Positions 28,298 to 38,012 are shown, counted from the first letter of the whole stretch. The stretch: 59,982 nucleotides of DNA, filler included, from 4 parts of 4 records of this genome joined end to end with filler, not necessarily neighbours in it, one strand, 5' to 3'. The notes: generated by a model not told the origin, from the letters alone. Numbers and translations: made by a program.

Positions 28298-30427
28298 TCA
28301 GGATTTGTTCATCTCCCTTAAGGCCTGTTGAAAATGATCGGCTTCGATGGTAAAGCGGGAATGGTCGTCCTCGCCGCTTTCGATGAATTTTCGGATGGCA
28401 TTCATGGCGGCCTTTTCGCAGATGGCCTCCAGATCGGCCCCCACCATGCTCCGGGAGGCTTTGGCCAAAGCGGCAAGGTCCACGTCTTTGCTCAAAGGTT
28501 TTCCCCGTGAGTGAACTTTCAGGATTTCAAGTCTTGCCGCTTCCTTTGGAACGGGGATTTTAAAAAGAAAATCAAACCTGCCCGCTCTGAGCAGGGCCTC
28601 GTCAATAATATCGAGGCGGTTGGTGGCGGCCAGGACCATGATCCCTTTCAGTTCCTCGATGCCGTCCAGTTCGGTCAGAAACTGGCTGATGACCCGGTCC
28701 GCCACATGGGATGAACTGTCCATGCCCCGTTTGGGAACCACGCTGTCGATTTCGTCGAAAAAAATGATGCAGGGAGAGGCTTGCCGGGCCTTCTTGAAGA
28801 TTTCCCGGACCCCTTTTTCACTCTCCCCCACCCATTTGCTCATGAGTTCGGGCCCTTTTACCGAGATGAAATTGACTTCCGATTCCGATGCCACCGCCTT
28901 GGCCAGCAGGGTCTTGCCGGTGCCGGGAGGACCATGGAGCAGGATCCCTTTGGACGGGGTGGCGCCGGCGTGTTTGAACAGGTCGTTGTATTTCAGGGGC
29001 CATTCAATGGTTTCCTTGAGCACCCGCTTGATGTTTTCCAACCCCCCCACGTCCGCCCATTTAACATCCGGTACTTCGGTGAAGACTTCTCGAATGGCGG
29101 AGGGTTCAACGGACTTGAAACCCTCCATGAAGTCGTCCATGGAAACCTGGAGCTCCATCAGGGTTTCATAGGGGATTTCCTCCAGTTCAAAATCGATTCG
29201 GGGAAAGATCTTCCTGAGGGTGGCCATGGCCGCTTCCCTGGAGAGGGCCTCCAGGTCGGCCCCCACGAATCCGTGGGTGATTTCGGCCAGACGCTTCACA
29301 TCCACGTCCTCCGAAAGGGGCATGCCGCGGGTATGCACATCCAGTATGGCCAGCCGCCCGTTCATGTCCGGAATGCCGATTTCAATCTCCCGGTCGAAAC
29401 GGCCCGGTCTCCTGAGTGCCGGGTCCAGGACGTTGGGAATGTTGGTGGCGCCGATGACAATAACCTGCCCCCGTGAGGAGAGTCCGTCCAGCAGGGCGAG
29501 CAGTTGGGCCACCACCCGTTTTTCCACCTGTTTTTCGCCCCCCATTTCCTCCCTTTTGGGTGCAATGGCGTCGATTTCATCCAGGAAAATGATGCTGGGG
29601 GCATGGGATGTGGCTTCGTCAAATATTTTTCGAAGATTGGCCTCGCTCTGGCCGTAAAATTTGTGCATGATCTCAGGACCGCTGATGGTCCTGAAATAAG
29701 CGTCGGTCTCGTTGGCCACGGCCCGGGCGATGAGGGTCTTGCCGCACCCGGGAGGCCCGTGAAGGAGCACCCCCTTGGGGGGGTCGATGCCCAGCCGTTC
29801 AAAGACCTGGGGGTATTTCAGGGGGAGTTCGATCATCTCCCGGATTTTCCTTATTTCCCTGCCCAACCCGCCGATATCTTCATAGGAGATGCGGGTTTTG
29901 CCCTCGCCCGTATCCTTTTTCTGCTGGATTTCCATTCCCGTCTGGGGATGGATCATGACCACTCCCGATGGACGTGTGGAAACCACCTTGAAATCCTGGG
30001 TTCGTGAGCCGATCAACCGTGCCCGCACCAGGTCCCCTTCCACCAGGGGGAGCCCTTCCAGCAGGCTTCCGATATACCGGGCGTCGTATGACCGCATGGC
30101 GGTGAGGGGGGCCACTACGATTTTCCGGGCCGGCTGAAAGTCGCAGACGGCTATTTTTACTTTTTCGTCGATTCCCACCCGGGCGTTTTCCCGGGTGATG
30201 CCGTCCAGCCGGATCAACCCTTTTCCCCTGTCGTCCATATACGCCGGGAGCACCTTGGCGACGGTTTGCCGTTTCCCTTCCACCGTGACCACATCACCCA
30301 CTTGAACGGCCAGTTTTTCAAAATCCCCCGGGTCAAACCGGACAATGCCGCGGCCCACGTCCTTGGCGGTCGCTTCCACAACTTTCAGGATCAGGGGTTT
30401 TGTTGTTGCTTTCTTTTCAGAAGTCAT
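28298..30427 (-). CDS. CDC48/VAT-family double AAA+ ATPase
   Basis: N-domain DVGRGIVR; D1 GPPGCGKT / FLDEID / [11 protein letters not shown]2 GPPGTGKT / FFDEID / LLRAGRFD. Confidence 0.93.
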   Translation of the reverse strand: MTSEKKATTKPLILKVVEATAKDVGRGIVRFDPGDFEKLAVQVGDVVTVEGKRQTVAKVLPAYMDDRGKGLIRLDGITRENARVGIDEKVKIAVCDFQPARKIVVAPLTAMRSYDARYIGSLLEGLPLVEGDLVRARLIGSRTQDFKVVSTRPSGVVMIHPQTGMEIQQKKDTGEGKTRISYEDIGGLGREIRKIREMIELPLKYPQVFERLGIDPPKGVLLHGPPGCGKTLIARAVANETDAYFRTISGPEIMHKFYGQSEANLRKIFDEATSHAPSIIFLDEIDAIAPKREEMGGEKQVEKRVVAQLLALLDGLSSRGQVIVIGATNIPNVLDPALRRPGRFDREIEIGIPDMNGRLAILDVHTRGMPLSEDVDVKRLAEITHGFVGADLEALSREAAMATLRKIFPRIDFELEEIPYETLMELQVSMDDFMEGFKSVEPSAIREVFTEVPDVKWADVGGLENIKRVLKETIEWPLKYNDLFKHAGATPSKGILLHGPPGTGKTLLAKAVASESEVNFISVKGPELMSKWVGESEKGVREIFKKARQASPCIIFFDEIDSVVPKRGMDSSSHVADRVISQFLTELDGIEELKGIMVLAATNRLDIIDEALLRAGRFDFLFKIPVPKEAARLEILKVHSRGKPLSKDVDLAALAKASRSMVGADLEAICEKAAMNAIRKFIESGEDDHSRFTIEADHFQQALREMNKS

Positions 30428-30454
30428 GGAAAATCCTTGTTGGTCATTGGAGGG

Positions 30455-31207
30455 TTACAGCTTTATCTCAATGCTGATGAAATTGAAGGGTGGTGCCGGT
30501 CCCACAAGCTTGAAATCCGCTTCCTTTTCATATGCATCCGCCAGGTCTTCCACCAGAAAATCGAACTGCTTTTCCCTTGTCCTGTCGATGAGGAATACGG
30601 CGTTTAAAAACATATCGTCCCCCACCGTGTCGTTCGGGCGTGAATCAAGTGCCAGCCGTTTGCATTGCCGGAGAATTTTTTCAGTGATGCGCTCTTTTTT
30701 TTCATCCAGGGCCGCTTTTACGGCTTTGCCAAGCGCAATCTTTTCATCGCTGTCCGCTTTTCCACCCTGTTTTGAAATCCTGTTTTTGATTTCTTTTACG
30801 CCGGGGTCGGTTCGGCCGATGTCCTCAAAAATTTGACCCATGTGGGTCCAGCGCCCCTTGAGCCCCATCTCCACCTTGTTGTCCAGATCCCGAAGCAACC
30901 CTTTAAATTCCCCGTATTGCCTTCTGAGGAAGGTGCGAACTTCCTCGGCGCTGTTGGCGATGGTGCAGAACCGCACCGGCAACACCGTGTAGTCTTTCAT
31001 TACCTGTTCAATAACTTTTTCGTGAGCCATGAGATTTTCGGGATCAATGACGTATTGGGTGACCGGTGAGCTGCTGATGACCGCGCTGATGTCTTTAAAT
31101 CCTATGGTGGATACGAAATCGCCCCGTTTCCCGATGCCGATGGGGCCGAAATTCCTGCCTTCATTGGCGTTTATGATGCAGTAGACGTATTTCCCTTCTT
31201 TGACCAT
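30455..31207 (-). CDS. GvpL/GvpF-family gas vesicle protein
   Basis: GKYVYCII, AHEKVIE, VLPVRFCT, NKVEMGLK, NAVFLI, GPAPPFNF. Confidence 0.88.
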   Translation of the reverse strand: MVKEGKYVYCIINANEGRNFGPIGIGKRGDFVSTIGFKDISAVISSSPVTQYVIDPENLMAHEKVIEQVMKDYTVLPVRFCTIANSAEEVRTFLRRQYGEFKGLLRDLDNKVEMGLKGRWTHMGQIFEDIGRTDPGVKEIKNRISKQGGKADSDEKIALGKAVKAALDEKKERITEKILRQCKRLALDSRPNDTVGDDMFLNAVFLIDRTREKQFDFLVEDLADAYEKEADFKLVGPAPPFNFISIEIKL

Positions 31208-31239
31208 GATTTTCCGGGTCCTCCTCGGAATTCAAACCC

Positions 31240-31554
31240 CTAGTATTCGACTTTCATTACCCTGAGCCCCCCCTTGGGTGAGGTTTTCAGGTCCTGAGAA
31301 CCGATCGGGGGCGTTCTTCTTCTGATCCCTAATCCTGCCTCCAGTTCTTCTATTCTCAACCTGATGTCTCTGATTCGCCCTTCCACCACCGCCTTCCTTT
31401 TGTCTACACTGGTGAGTTCTCTCCGGGACAGGGCCAGGTTGTTTTTCAAAAGGTAAAGTTCCCCGTCAACGGACCTCTCCGCTTTGGGCATGGAGCGGTG
31501 TTTCATCCCCATGAGCGTTTTTATGGAAGCAAGTGATCTAATTTCATTTGCCAT
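31240..31554 (-). CDS. Small coiled-coil protein after gvpN, GvpV-like
   Basis: ATG 31554 follows AGGAGG; IRSLASIKTL...LYLL...coiled coil. The position directly after gvpN matches GvpV in other clusters (inference). Confidence 0.55.
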   Translation of the reverse strand: MANEIRSLASIKTLMGMKHRSMPKAERSVDGELYLLKNNLALSRRELTSVDKRKAVVEGRIRDIRLRIEELEAGLGIRRRTPPIGSQDLKTSPKGGLRVMKVEY

Positions 31555-31622
31555 ATGGTCCCTCCTTTGTACGGCCCGCAGCACCGGTCATGGCAGTGTC
31601 AAAAGGACGTTAATTATTCACC

Positions 31623-32540
31623 CTAACAGATATCATTGATCAGTTCTGAAATGACCTGTTTCACTCTTTTCTGGCTTCCCACCGTTCCGATCCGACTGGT
31701 TTCCGATGCCAGGATATCCATGCAGATCTGGCGGAAAACCGGATCATCCTTATTTACTTCGGCCTGCCTGACGGCAAGGGTTTTTGCAATCATGATGCAG
31801 CCCCGGATGGTTGGGGCGAATTCACAGGTGTCCGAGTCCCTCAATCCCCTGACGATCTTAACAATTTTTCCAGCGTCTCCGTTGTCGAGGCCGGACTTGA
31901 ACTGGGTGATGCGCATTTCAGTTTCTTCATCGAAATAATCGACATCCAGGGTCACCATCCTGTCGCGCAGGGCATCCTGACTTCTGTGGACACCGGCGTA
32001 TTCCTCCGGGTTACTGGTGAAGATGGCTGTGAAGTCCGTATGGACCTTCAGATAGTTCCCATCTCCCTGGCGGGGGGTGGGCAGGTCGAGCATCCTTTCC
32101 TGTAGAACCGAGAGAAGCACGTTGTTGGTTTCGGGCCTCGATCGCGTGAATTCATCGTAAATCAGTGTAAATCCGTTTTTACAGGCAACCGTCAGGCGGT
32201 TGTCCGACCAACTCTTCTGCATGTCCTCTTCGGTTTTGAGGACGGTATGAACGTAATTGTCCACCACCTTGCGACTGCGAAAGCCGGTCTCTGCCCCCAC
32301 AAGGTCCGATGTGGAAAATTCCTCATCCCCGTGAATCATGACCACCGGTCTCCCGATCATGGCCGCCACATGCATGGCCAGGGTGGTTTTACCGGTTCCC
32401 GAGATGCCCCGAAAATGGATGGGAAACCCTGCGGCGATAAAGGCCATGGCCCTTTCCGAAACATCTTTTACATAACTTGTTTCCACGAAGTTCGGCAGAG
32501 AGCGAGGCTCCAGAACCGTTGTATTTCCCTGAAAAGACAT
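31623..32540 (-). CDS. gvpN: Gas vesicle AAA ATPase GvpN
   Basis: GISGTGKT, DNYVHTVLK, DNRLTVAC, YDEFTRSRPETNNVLL, TSNPEEYAGVH.QDAL.DR. Confidence 0.95.
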   Translation of the reverse strand: MSFQGNTTVLEPRSLPNFVETSYVKDVSERAMAFIAAGFPIHFRGISGTGKTTLAMHVAAMIGRPVVMIHGDEEFSTSDLVGAETGFRSRKVVDNYVHTVLKTEEDMQKSWSDNRLTVACKNGFTLIYDEFTRSRPETNNVLLSVLQERMLDLPTPRQGDGNYLKVHTDFTAIFTSNPEEYAGVHRSQDALRDRMVTLDVDYFDEETEMRITQFKSGLDNGDAGKIVKIVRGLRDSDTCEFAPTIRGCIMIAKTLAVRQAEVNKDDPVFRQICMDILASETSRIGTVGSQKRVKQVISELINDIC

Positions 32541-32622
32541 AAAATCCTCCTTTTTTTGGAAGGCAGCAAGCAGGATACGGAATGCGGTAACGACTCACTG
32601 CCTACCGCCTAACATCAACCGC

Positions 32623-32964
32623 CTACCCCTTAATAACCACTCCCATGCCGCCGCAAACCAGGCAGGGGAGATATTGGCCAGACATCCATCCCCTTCCCTT
32701 GCAGTCTGGGCAAGATTCAATCGGTTCCTTGATGTTGACCATCCCTCTGCCTTGACAAACAGTGCAAACCATTCGCCGGTGAAGATGGACCCCGGTGCCG
32801 CTGCAATATGCACATTCTCTGGCGGGCTCCCGAATCCTCACCTTTCCCTTGCCTCCGCAGACCTGGCAGCGAGACTCCACGGAAAGGAGTTCAAACGGGT
32901 CCTTCCCGGTTCCCCGGCAAAAAGCGCAATTAAGAGTGATGACCCCTTCGGCTGTCATGTTCAT
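32623..32964 (-). CDS. Stand-alone DnaJ-type zinc-finger repeat protein
   Basis: Six CxxCxGxG repeats in 113 aa, no J-domain; GGAG RBS. Confidence 0.8.
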   Translation of the reverse strand: MNMTAEGVITLNCAFCRGTGKDPFELLSVESRCQVCGGKGKVRIREPARECAYCSGTGVHLHRRMVCTVCQGRGMVNIKEPIESCPDCKGRGWMSGQYLPCLVCGGMGVVIKG

Positions 32965-33080
32965 TCTCCTACAGCGCGGTTCTGGTGAATGGGTTACGGC
33001 AAGCGGTATGTAAGAGTTCAGCGCCCATGTGGTACGTTCCGACCTCCGCCAACCGCATGCCGTTTGCTGCGTACCGTCAA

Positions 33081-33638
33081 CTAAAAAATGTAATAAATGG
33101 AGTTTTCCTTTCTCACTTCATCTTCATCCAGGAGTTCTCTCATGACGGGGATCAGGGAACGCCAGTTTTCAACTCCCACGGCTTCGGCAATCTCCACCAT
33201 CCTTAATCCGTCCGGGGTATCTTCAAGAAGGCTCAGAATTTCTCCGTTCAGATCTTCCCTGCCAGGCAATTCCTCTTCTTCCACTCCAAGATCCTGTTCC
33301 TCTTCTTCAGTTTCCGGTTCTTCCGCCACTTTTTCATCTTCTACGGCTTCTTCAGCCCAGGTTTCTTCCTCTTCCTGCTCTTCTTCCACAACCTCTGAAA
33401 CAGTCCCTGTTTCAACCTTTGTTTCCACTTCCACGGGGCTCGTAATCGTCATGGCTCCGCCGGCAGTTCGCATGGCCGAGAGGATTTGGTTCCAAGCCTT
33501 GACTGCTTCATTTCGGTCTCTTTGGAGTTCACCCATAATGCCCGCTACGCTGGCCGACATGTCCGTTTTGAAGGTTGCGAGGTTTTCTCTCAACCGATCG
33601 GACATATCTTTGAGTTCGGCCTGAGTGGAAGTTTTTCT
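33081..33638 (-). CDS. C-terminal part of a GvpC-like protein with acidic linker and terminal wHTH-like domain (5' truncated)
   Basis: Frame stays open to the contig edge (RKTSTQAELKDMSDRLRENLATFK...); helical N-part, Glu-rich linker, ILSLLEDTPDGLRMVEIAEAVG...; upstream of gvpN, where gvpC usually sits. Confidence 0.5.
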   Translation of the reverse strand, partial: RKTSTQAELKDMSDRLRENLATFKTDMSASVAGIMGELQRDRNEAVKAWNQILSAMRTAGGAMTITSPVEVETKVETGTVSEVVEEEQEEEETWAEEAVEDEKVAEEPETEEEEQDLGVEEEELPGREDLNGEILSLLEDTPDGLRMVEIAEAVGVENWRSLIPVMRELLDEDEVRKENSIYYIF

Positions 33639-33639
33639 G

Positions 33640-33739
33640 NNNNNNNNNNNNNNNNNNNNNNNNNNNNNNNNNNNNNNNNNNNNTTAATTAATTAANNNNN
33701 NNNNNNNNNNNNNNNNNNNNNNNNNNNNNNNNNNNNNNN
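33640..33739. other. Artificial contig spacer
   Basis: 44 N + TTAATTAATTAA + 44 N. Confidence 0.98.
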
Positions 33740-33740
33740 A

Positions 33741-34331
33741 GCGGCAACTGCTGGAGAAGCAGGGAAAGGGTTTGCTGTTGTTGCACAAGAGGTAAGAAAC
33801 TTAGCAAGTAGATCAGCTGAAGCTGCAAATGAGATCAAAGCATTAGTAGAAAAAGCTACTGGAAAAGCAAATAGTGGAAAATCTATCGCTGATGATATGA
33901 TCCATGGCTATGAGGGACTCAATAAATCGATTTCTCAAACCATAGAGTTGATCAATGAAGTGGAAACTGCATCAAAAGAGCAACAAGCTGGTATTATTCA
34001 AATCAATGATACGATAAACTCTTTAGATAAACAAACCCAAGAAAATGCAAATATTGCAAGTGAGACATATGAGATAGCAGTTGAGACTGATAGGATAGCA
34101 AAGCTTGTATTATCTGATGCTGAGTCAAAAGAGTTTAATGGGAAAAGCTCTGTACAGCCTAAAAGATTAAGTACAGAAAAGAAAAAAGCTATAGTGAGTA
34201 AACAAAACTCTTCACATAACACAGTAAAAAAAGAGAGTCTTAAAAAACCTATAAGCGACACACTATCTACATCTAAATTACAACCAATCATTTCAAAACA
34301 AAAAGAGGATGATGAGTGGGCAAGTTTTTAA
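33741..34331 (+). CDS. Methyl-accepting chemotaxis protein, C-terminal part (5' truncated)
   Basis: Frame from 33741 reads AATAGEAGKGFAVVAQEVRNLASRSAEAANEIK; ends in DDEWASF, an NWETF-like tether pentapeptide. Confidence 0.92.
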   Translation, partial: AATAGEAGKGFAVVAQEVRNLASRSAEAANEIKALVEKATGKANSGKSIADDMIHGYEGLNKSISQTIELINEVETASKEQQAGIIQINDTINSLDKQTQENANIASETYEIAVETDRIAKLVLSDAESKEFNGKSSVQPKRLSTEKKKAIVSKQNSSHNTVKKESLKKPISDTLSTSKLQPIISKQKEDDEWASF

Positions 34332-34404
34332 ACTTGCCTTTTCTTTGATCTCTTACTCTTCTTAAAATTATTCCATTTATACTTAGGATATGTTATAATT
34401 TTTT

Positions 34405-34992
34405 ATGAACATATTATTATTAGATGAAGATCTTGAAACTATTAACTTTTTAAATATTATTCAATCTCTTAGAGGATATCAAGTGTTTTTTAATGATTTC
34501 TCTTTAGATACTTTTCAAAATAATGATATTGATATAGTGATTGTTGATATTGCAATCCCTAAAAACAATGATACTTTAAATGAGATATTAAAGCTTGATC
34601 CAAAGCAAAAGGTTATTATTTTTAGCCAGACACTTGATTGTAAAAATGAGTCAAGTTGTGAGCATTGTCTAGAGTTTTATAATAAAAAAAGACTTTTAAA
34701 ACCATTGAGATTGCCGAGCTTTTTAAGTTTAATTGATAGTTTTGATGCAGAGTCTTGTAAATACTCAAAGCTTAATTGTTTTGAAAATATTCTTCCTATT
34801 TTAGAAAAAGTGATGGATAGATTTCCATATTATCACTATAATAAAGAGGAAAAGCTTATCTATACAAAGCAAAAAGATACGCCTTTTTTAGTCCAGCAGT
34901 TTTTAGAAGTGATTCGATTACTTGATGAACATAATATAATATATGAGATACAAGAGGAGAGGGCTTTAAAGATTTTAACGATAGAATCTTAG
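34405..34992 (+). CDS. Atypical receiver-domain protein with Cys-rich insert
   Basis: MNILLLDED, DIVIVDI and LLKP receiver hallmarks, plus CKNESSCEHC. Confidence 0.6.
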   Translation: MNILLLDEDLETINFLNIIQSLRGYQVFFNDFSLDTFQNNDIDIVIVDIAIPKNNDTLNEILKLDPKQKVIIFSQTLDCKNESSCEHCLEFYNKKRLLKPLRLPSFLSLIDSFDAESCKYSKLNCFENILPILEKVMDRFPYYHYNKEEKLIYTKQKDTPFLVQQFLEVIRLLDEHNIIYEIQEERALKILTIES

Positions 34993-34994
34993 TT

Positions 34995-35026
34995 TGACAC
35001 TTTTAAACACTTTATAGTTCTATATT
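34995..35026 (+). promoter_or_regulatory. Direct-repeat regulator box + -10 element (site 1)
   Basis: TGACACT-N3-AAACACT, 9 nt, then TATATT; same architecture at 37940-37971 (-) and 38741-38772. Confidence 0.6.
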
Positions 35027-35056
35027 TAAATACTTGAATATATTTGGAGAGTATAA

Positions 35057-36781
35057 ATGGATAAAAATATATTAGATATCACCCACACTCAAACTGTTTT
35101 GTATGTAGAAGATGACGAGAGTTTACGGCAAAACACTTCACAACTCTTACAAGAACTTTTTAAACATGTAGATACTGCAAAAGATGGGGAAGAGGGATTA
35201 TCAATGTATAATCAATTGTATGAGAGATCAAATAAGTATTATGATCTTATAATCACTGATATTCAAATGCCAAATCTTAATGGTGTCCAGATGACAGAGC
35301 AGATATATGATATAAATCCTGAGCAAAGCATTGTGGTATTATCTGCATATAATGATTCGGAGTACCTTGAAAAGTTTATTGATCTTGGAGTGGATGGGTT
35401 TATTAAAAAACCTTTGAAGTTCAATGAGTTTTTAAAAAAGATCGTAAAAGTTTCCCTTTCAATTGATGCCCAAAAACAAAAAGAACTCTATCTTACAAAA
35501 ATGGATCAATTGAATCAAGAACTTGAAGAGAAAGTGGCTTTGAGAACCAAAGAGCTAGAAACTTTAGTCTATACTGATTCTTTAACAGGATATGGAAATA
35601 GATATAAGCTCAATAAAAAGATTCAAATGAGTTTAGATCCCGCACTCGCTATTATAAATATTGATAATTTTTCCCAGATAAATGATTTTTATGGACATGA
35701 AAAAGGTGATAAGGTGATTAAAAAGATAGGGCATGCAATTTGGGATATCTTAGTCACAAATAAAAAGCTTGAATTGTATCATCTCCAAGGGGGTGAGTTT
35801 GTTGTCTTTTCTGGAGATATTTTACAAGAGGAGTTTCTTAATATGATACGAAATGTTCTTCTTGCTATGAATCACACAACAATAAAGATCAATGATGAAG
35901 AGCTGTATATTCAATTCTCAACGGCTATCTCTTTCGAAAGAAAAGAAAAACTATTAAGCTCTGCAAATATGGCAAAAAAAGTTTTAAAAAGGGAAAATCT
36001 TAGTTATATTATTTATGATAATGAGGTCTGTTTAGAAAAAGAGTATGAAAATAATCTTAAATGGGTGAAAAAGATTAAAAAAGGATTAGGAGAAGATAGC
36101 TTTGTCCCAGCTTTTCAAGCTATTGTAAATAACCATACAAATAGTTTTGAAAAGTATGAATGTTTAGTGCGGTTACAAGATCATGATATGCTTTTCCCAC
36201 CTTCATATTTTTTAAATATTTCAAAACAAACTAAACAATACCTAGAGATTACAAAAGTGATGTTAAAAAAATCATTTGAAGCATTTAAAGATAATACTCT
36301 AGAGTTCTCACTCAATCTTACTATTGAGGATATTTTAAATTTAGAGATCACTAATTTTATTATTGAGTTACTTGAAACTTATAAGATTGGTTCTAGGGTT
36401 GTATTTGAGATCGTAGAATCTGAATCTATAGAAAACTTTGAAAGGGTAGCTTCATTTATTGAAGATATTAAATCTTTTGGGTGTAAAGTGGCCATTGATG
36501 ATTTTGGTACAGGGTATAGTAATTTTGAATACCTTATTAAGCTCAAAGCTGATTATATAAAAATAGATGGTTCTTTAATTAAAGATATAGATACCAATAA
36601 AGATATGGAACAGATCATTGTCACAATAGTAGAATTTGCAAAAAAGATGGGAATGAAAACAATAGCAGAGTTTGTAGAGAATGAAGCTATTTTTCAAAAA
36701 GTAAAAGAGCTAGGGATAGATTATTCACAAGGGTATCATTTAGGAAAACCTGATATCTTAAAGCAGAGTATTATCTCATAA
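35057..36781 (+). CDS. REC-GGDEF(degenerate)-EAL phosphodiesterase
   Basis: Receiver; GGDEF motif degenerate (QGGEF); EAL as YECLVRL with DDFGTGYS, KIDGS, AEFVE, QGY. Confidence 0.88.
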   Translation: MDKNILDITHTQTVLYVEDDESLRQNTSQLLQELFKHVDTAKDGEEGLSMYNQLYERSNKYYDLIITDIQMPNLNGVQMTEQIYDINPEQSIVVLSAYNDSEYLEKFIDLGVDGFIKKPLKFNEFLKKIVKVSLSIDAQKQKELYLTKMDQLNQELEEKVALRTKELETLVYTDSLTGYGNRYKLNKKIQMSLDPALAIINIDNFSQINDFYGHEKGDKVIKKIGHAIWDILVTNKKLELYHLQGGEFVVFSGDILQEEFLNMIRNVLLAMNHTTIKINDEELYIQFSTAISFERKEKLLSSANMAKKVLKRENLSYIIYDNEVCLEKEYENNLKWVKKIKKGLGEDSFVPAFQAIVNNHTNSFEKYECLVRLQDHDMLFPPSYFLNISKQTKQYLEITKVMLKKSFEAFKDNTLEFSLNLTIEDILNLEITNFIIELLETYKIGSRVVFEIVESESIENFERVASFIEDIKSFGCKVAIDDFGTGYSNFEYLIKLKADYIKIDGSLIKDIDTNKDMEQIIVTIVEFAKKMGMKTIAEFVENEAIFQKVKELGIDYSQGYHLGKPDILKQSIIS

Positions 36782-36807
36782 AAAAGAGATAAAAAAAATC
36801 TCTTCTT

Positions 36808-37350
36808 TTAGTCTAAATTGATCTCCTCTTCAGGTAATAATATCTCTGTGAGTATTTTATTGAGTTTTTTATCGGAGCTTTTTTCTTTTGCTTTAACATA
36901 CTCTTTATATTCACTTTGTAAAGCATGCTCTTTTTTTCTATTGATTATTTCCATGCATGCTTTTGTGAGTTTTTCTTTAAAGTCATTGAGTTGGAGTGGT
37001 TTTTGAGTGAAATGGGTGATTCCATTTTCCATAAGATCCATTAAATATTCAGAATCATTATATGCAGAAAACACAAGAATAGTTTGATCTTTATTTAGTT
37101 CTTTGATATGTTGGCTCATTGTAATACCATTCATATTAGGCATATTAATATCACTAATAATAAGATCATAAGGGCTATCATCTAATCGTGCTTTATACAT
37201 CTCTAAACCAATAGCTCCATCACTTGCTTCTTCCACATCAAAAAAAAGCTCTTTAAATAAAATAGTGTTTTTTTGACGAAGCATCTCATCATCTTCTACA
37301 TAAAGTACTGTAATATCTTTTGTTAAAGTTAATAAATTAAACTCTTGCAT
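36808..37350 (-). CDS. Response regulator (receiver with short helical tail)
   Basis: VLYVEDD, ISDINMP, FSAYND, QKP. Confidence 0.85.
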   Translation of the reverse strand: MQEFNLLTLTKDITVLYVEDDEMLRQKNTILFKELFFDVEEASDGAIGLEMYKARLDDSPYDLIISDINMPNMNGITMSQHIKELNKDQTILVFSAYNDSEYLMDLMENGITHFTQKPLQLNDFKEKLTKACMEIINRKKEHALQSEYKEYVKAKEKSSDKKLNKILTEILLPEEEINLD

Positions 37351-37362
37351 TGTTTTCTCCTT

Positions 37363-37921
37363 TTAGTCCGTTATAACTCTATTTCTTCCCGTTTGTTTTG
37401 CTTGGTATAAAAGCTTATCGGTATCTGTATATAGCTGTTCACAACTTGTGATTTGATTTGCTTTGATACATTTTAAACCCATAGAAACAGTAACAAACTT
37501 ACTAATCTCATTTTTTTGATGCTCTATTTGTAACTCTTCGATCCTTTGTCTTAAAGTATTTGCAAATAGCGTTGCATTCTCTTTTGAGGAACTATCAAAT
37601 AAGATACCAAACTCTTCACCACCTAAGCGAAAACAATAATCATTTGCTCTATGTAAAGATGTTTGTAATGAGCTAGCTACTTTTTGTAAAGCTTTATCTC
37701 CAAGGAGGTGGCCATAAAAATCATTATATTGTTTAAAGTAATCAATGTCTAACATGATAAAATAGATCATCCCATCTTTTCTTTTTTCTTGATTGACCAT
37801 TTTGTGCCACATCAATACTATAAAATATCTCATGAAACATTTTAAGAAGATGATTCATCACCTCTTGATCATCCTCTACATATAAGATTTTATATTTATT
37901 TATAAGGTTTTTTATACTCAT
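37363..37921 (-). pseudogene. Internally deleted REC...GGDEF diguanylate cyclase
   Basis: ATG 37921 (GGAG RBS) encodes a receiver start (KILYVEDDQEV...DVAQNGQ) that stops at 37742. A GGDEF domain lacking its first helix (RLGGEEF) continues in another frame to 37363. Confidence 0.75.
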
Positions 37922-37939
37922 AAGAACTCCTTTTTTGAA

Positions 37940-37971
37940 ATTTTATAAAGAAAAAGTGCCAATTAGTGTCA
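37940..37971 (-). promoter_or_regulatory. Direct-repeat regulator box + -10 element (site 2)
   Basis: Minus strand TGACACT-N3-TGGCACT, 9 nt, TAAAAT, upstream of ATG 37921. Confidence 0.62.
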
Positions 37972-38012
37972 AATTTATATATTCTAAAAAGTAATAAAAG
38001 TATAATAATAAG

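Noticed and set aside
18427-33695. Many long plus-strand ORFs in contig B (e.g. 19967-21226, 24420-25352, 27356-28120, 28781-29476)
   Set aside because: Antisense shadows of well-supported minus-strand genes in higher-GC DNA; no recognisable motifs.
37363-37833. Stand-alone 156-aa GGDEF gene
   Set aside because: Its first codons are out-of-frame receiver sequence and it lacks the N-terminal GGDEF helix; treated as part of a pseudogene.
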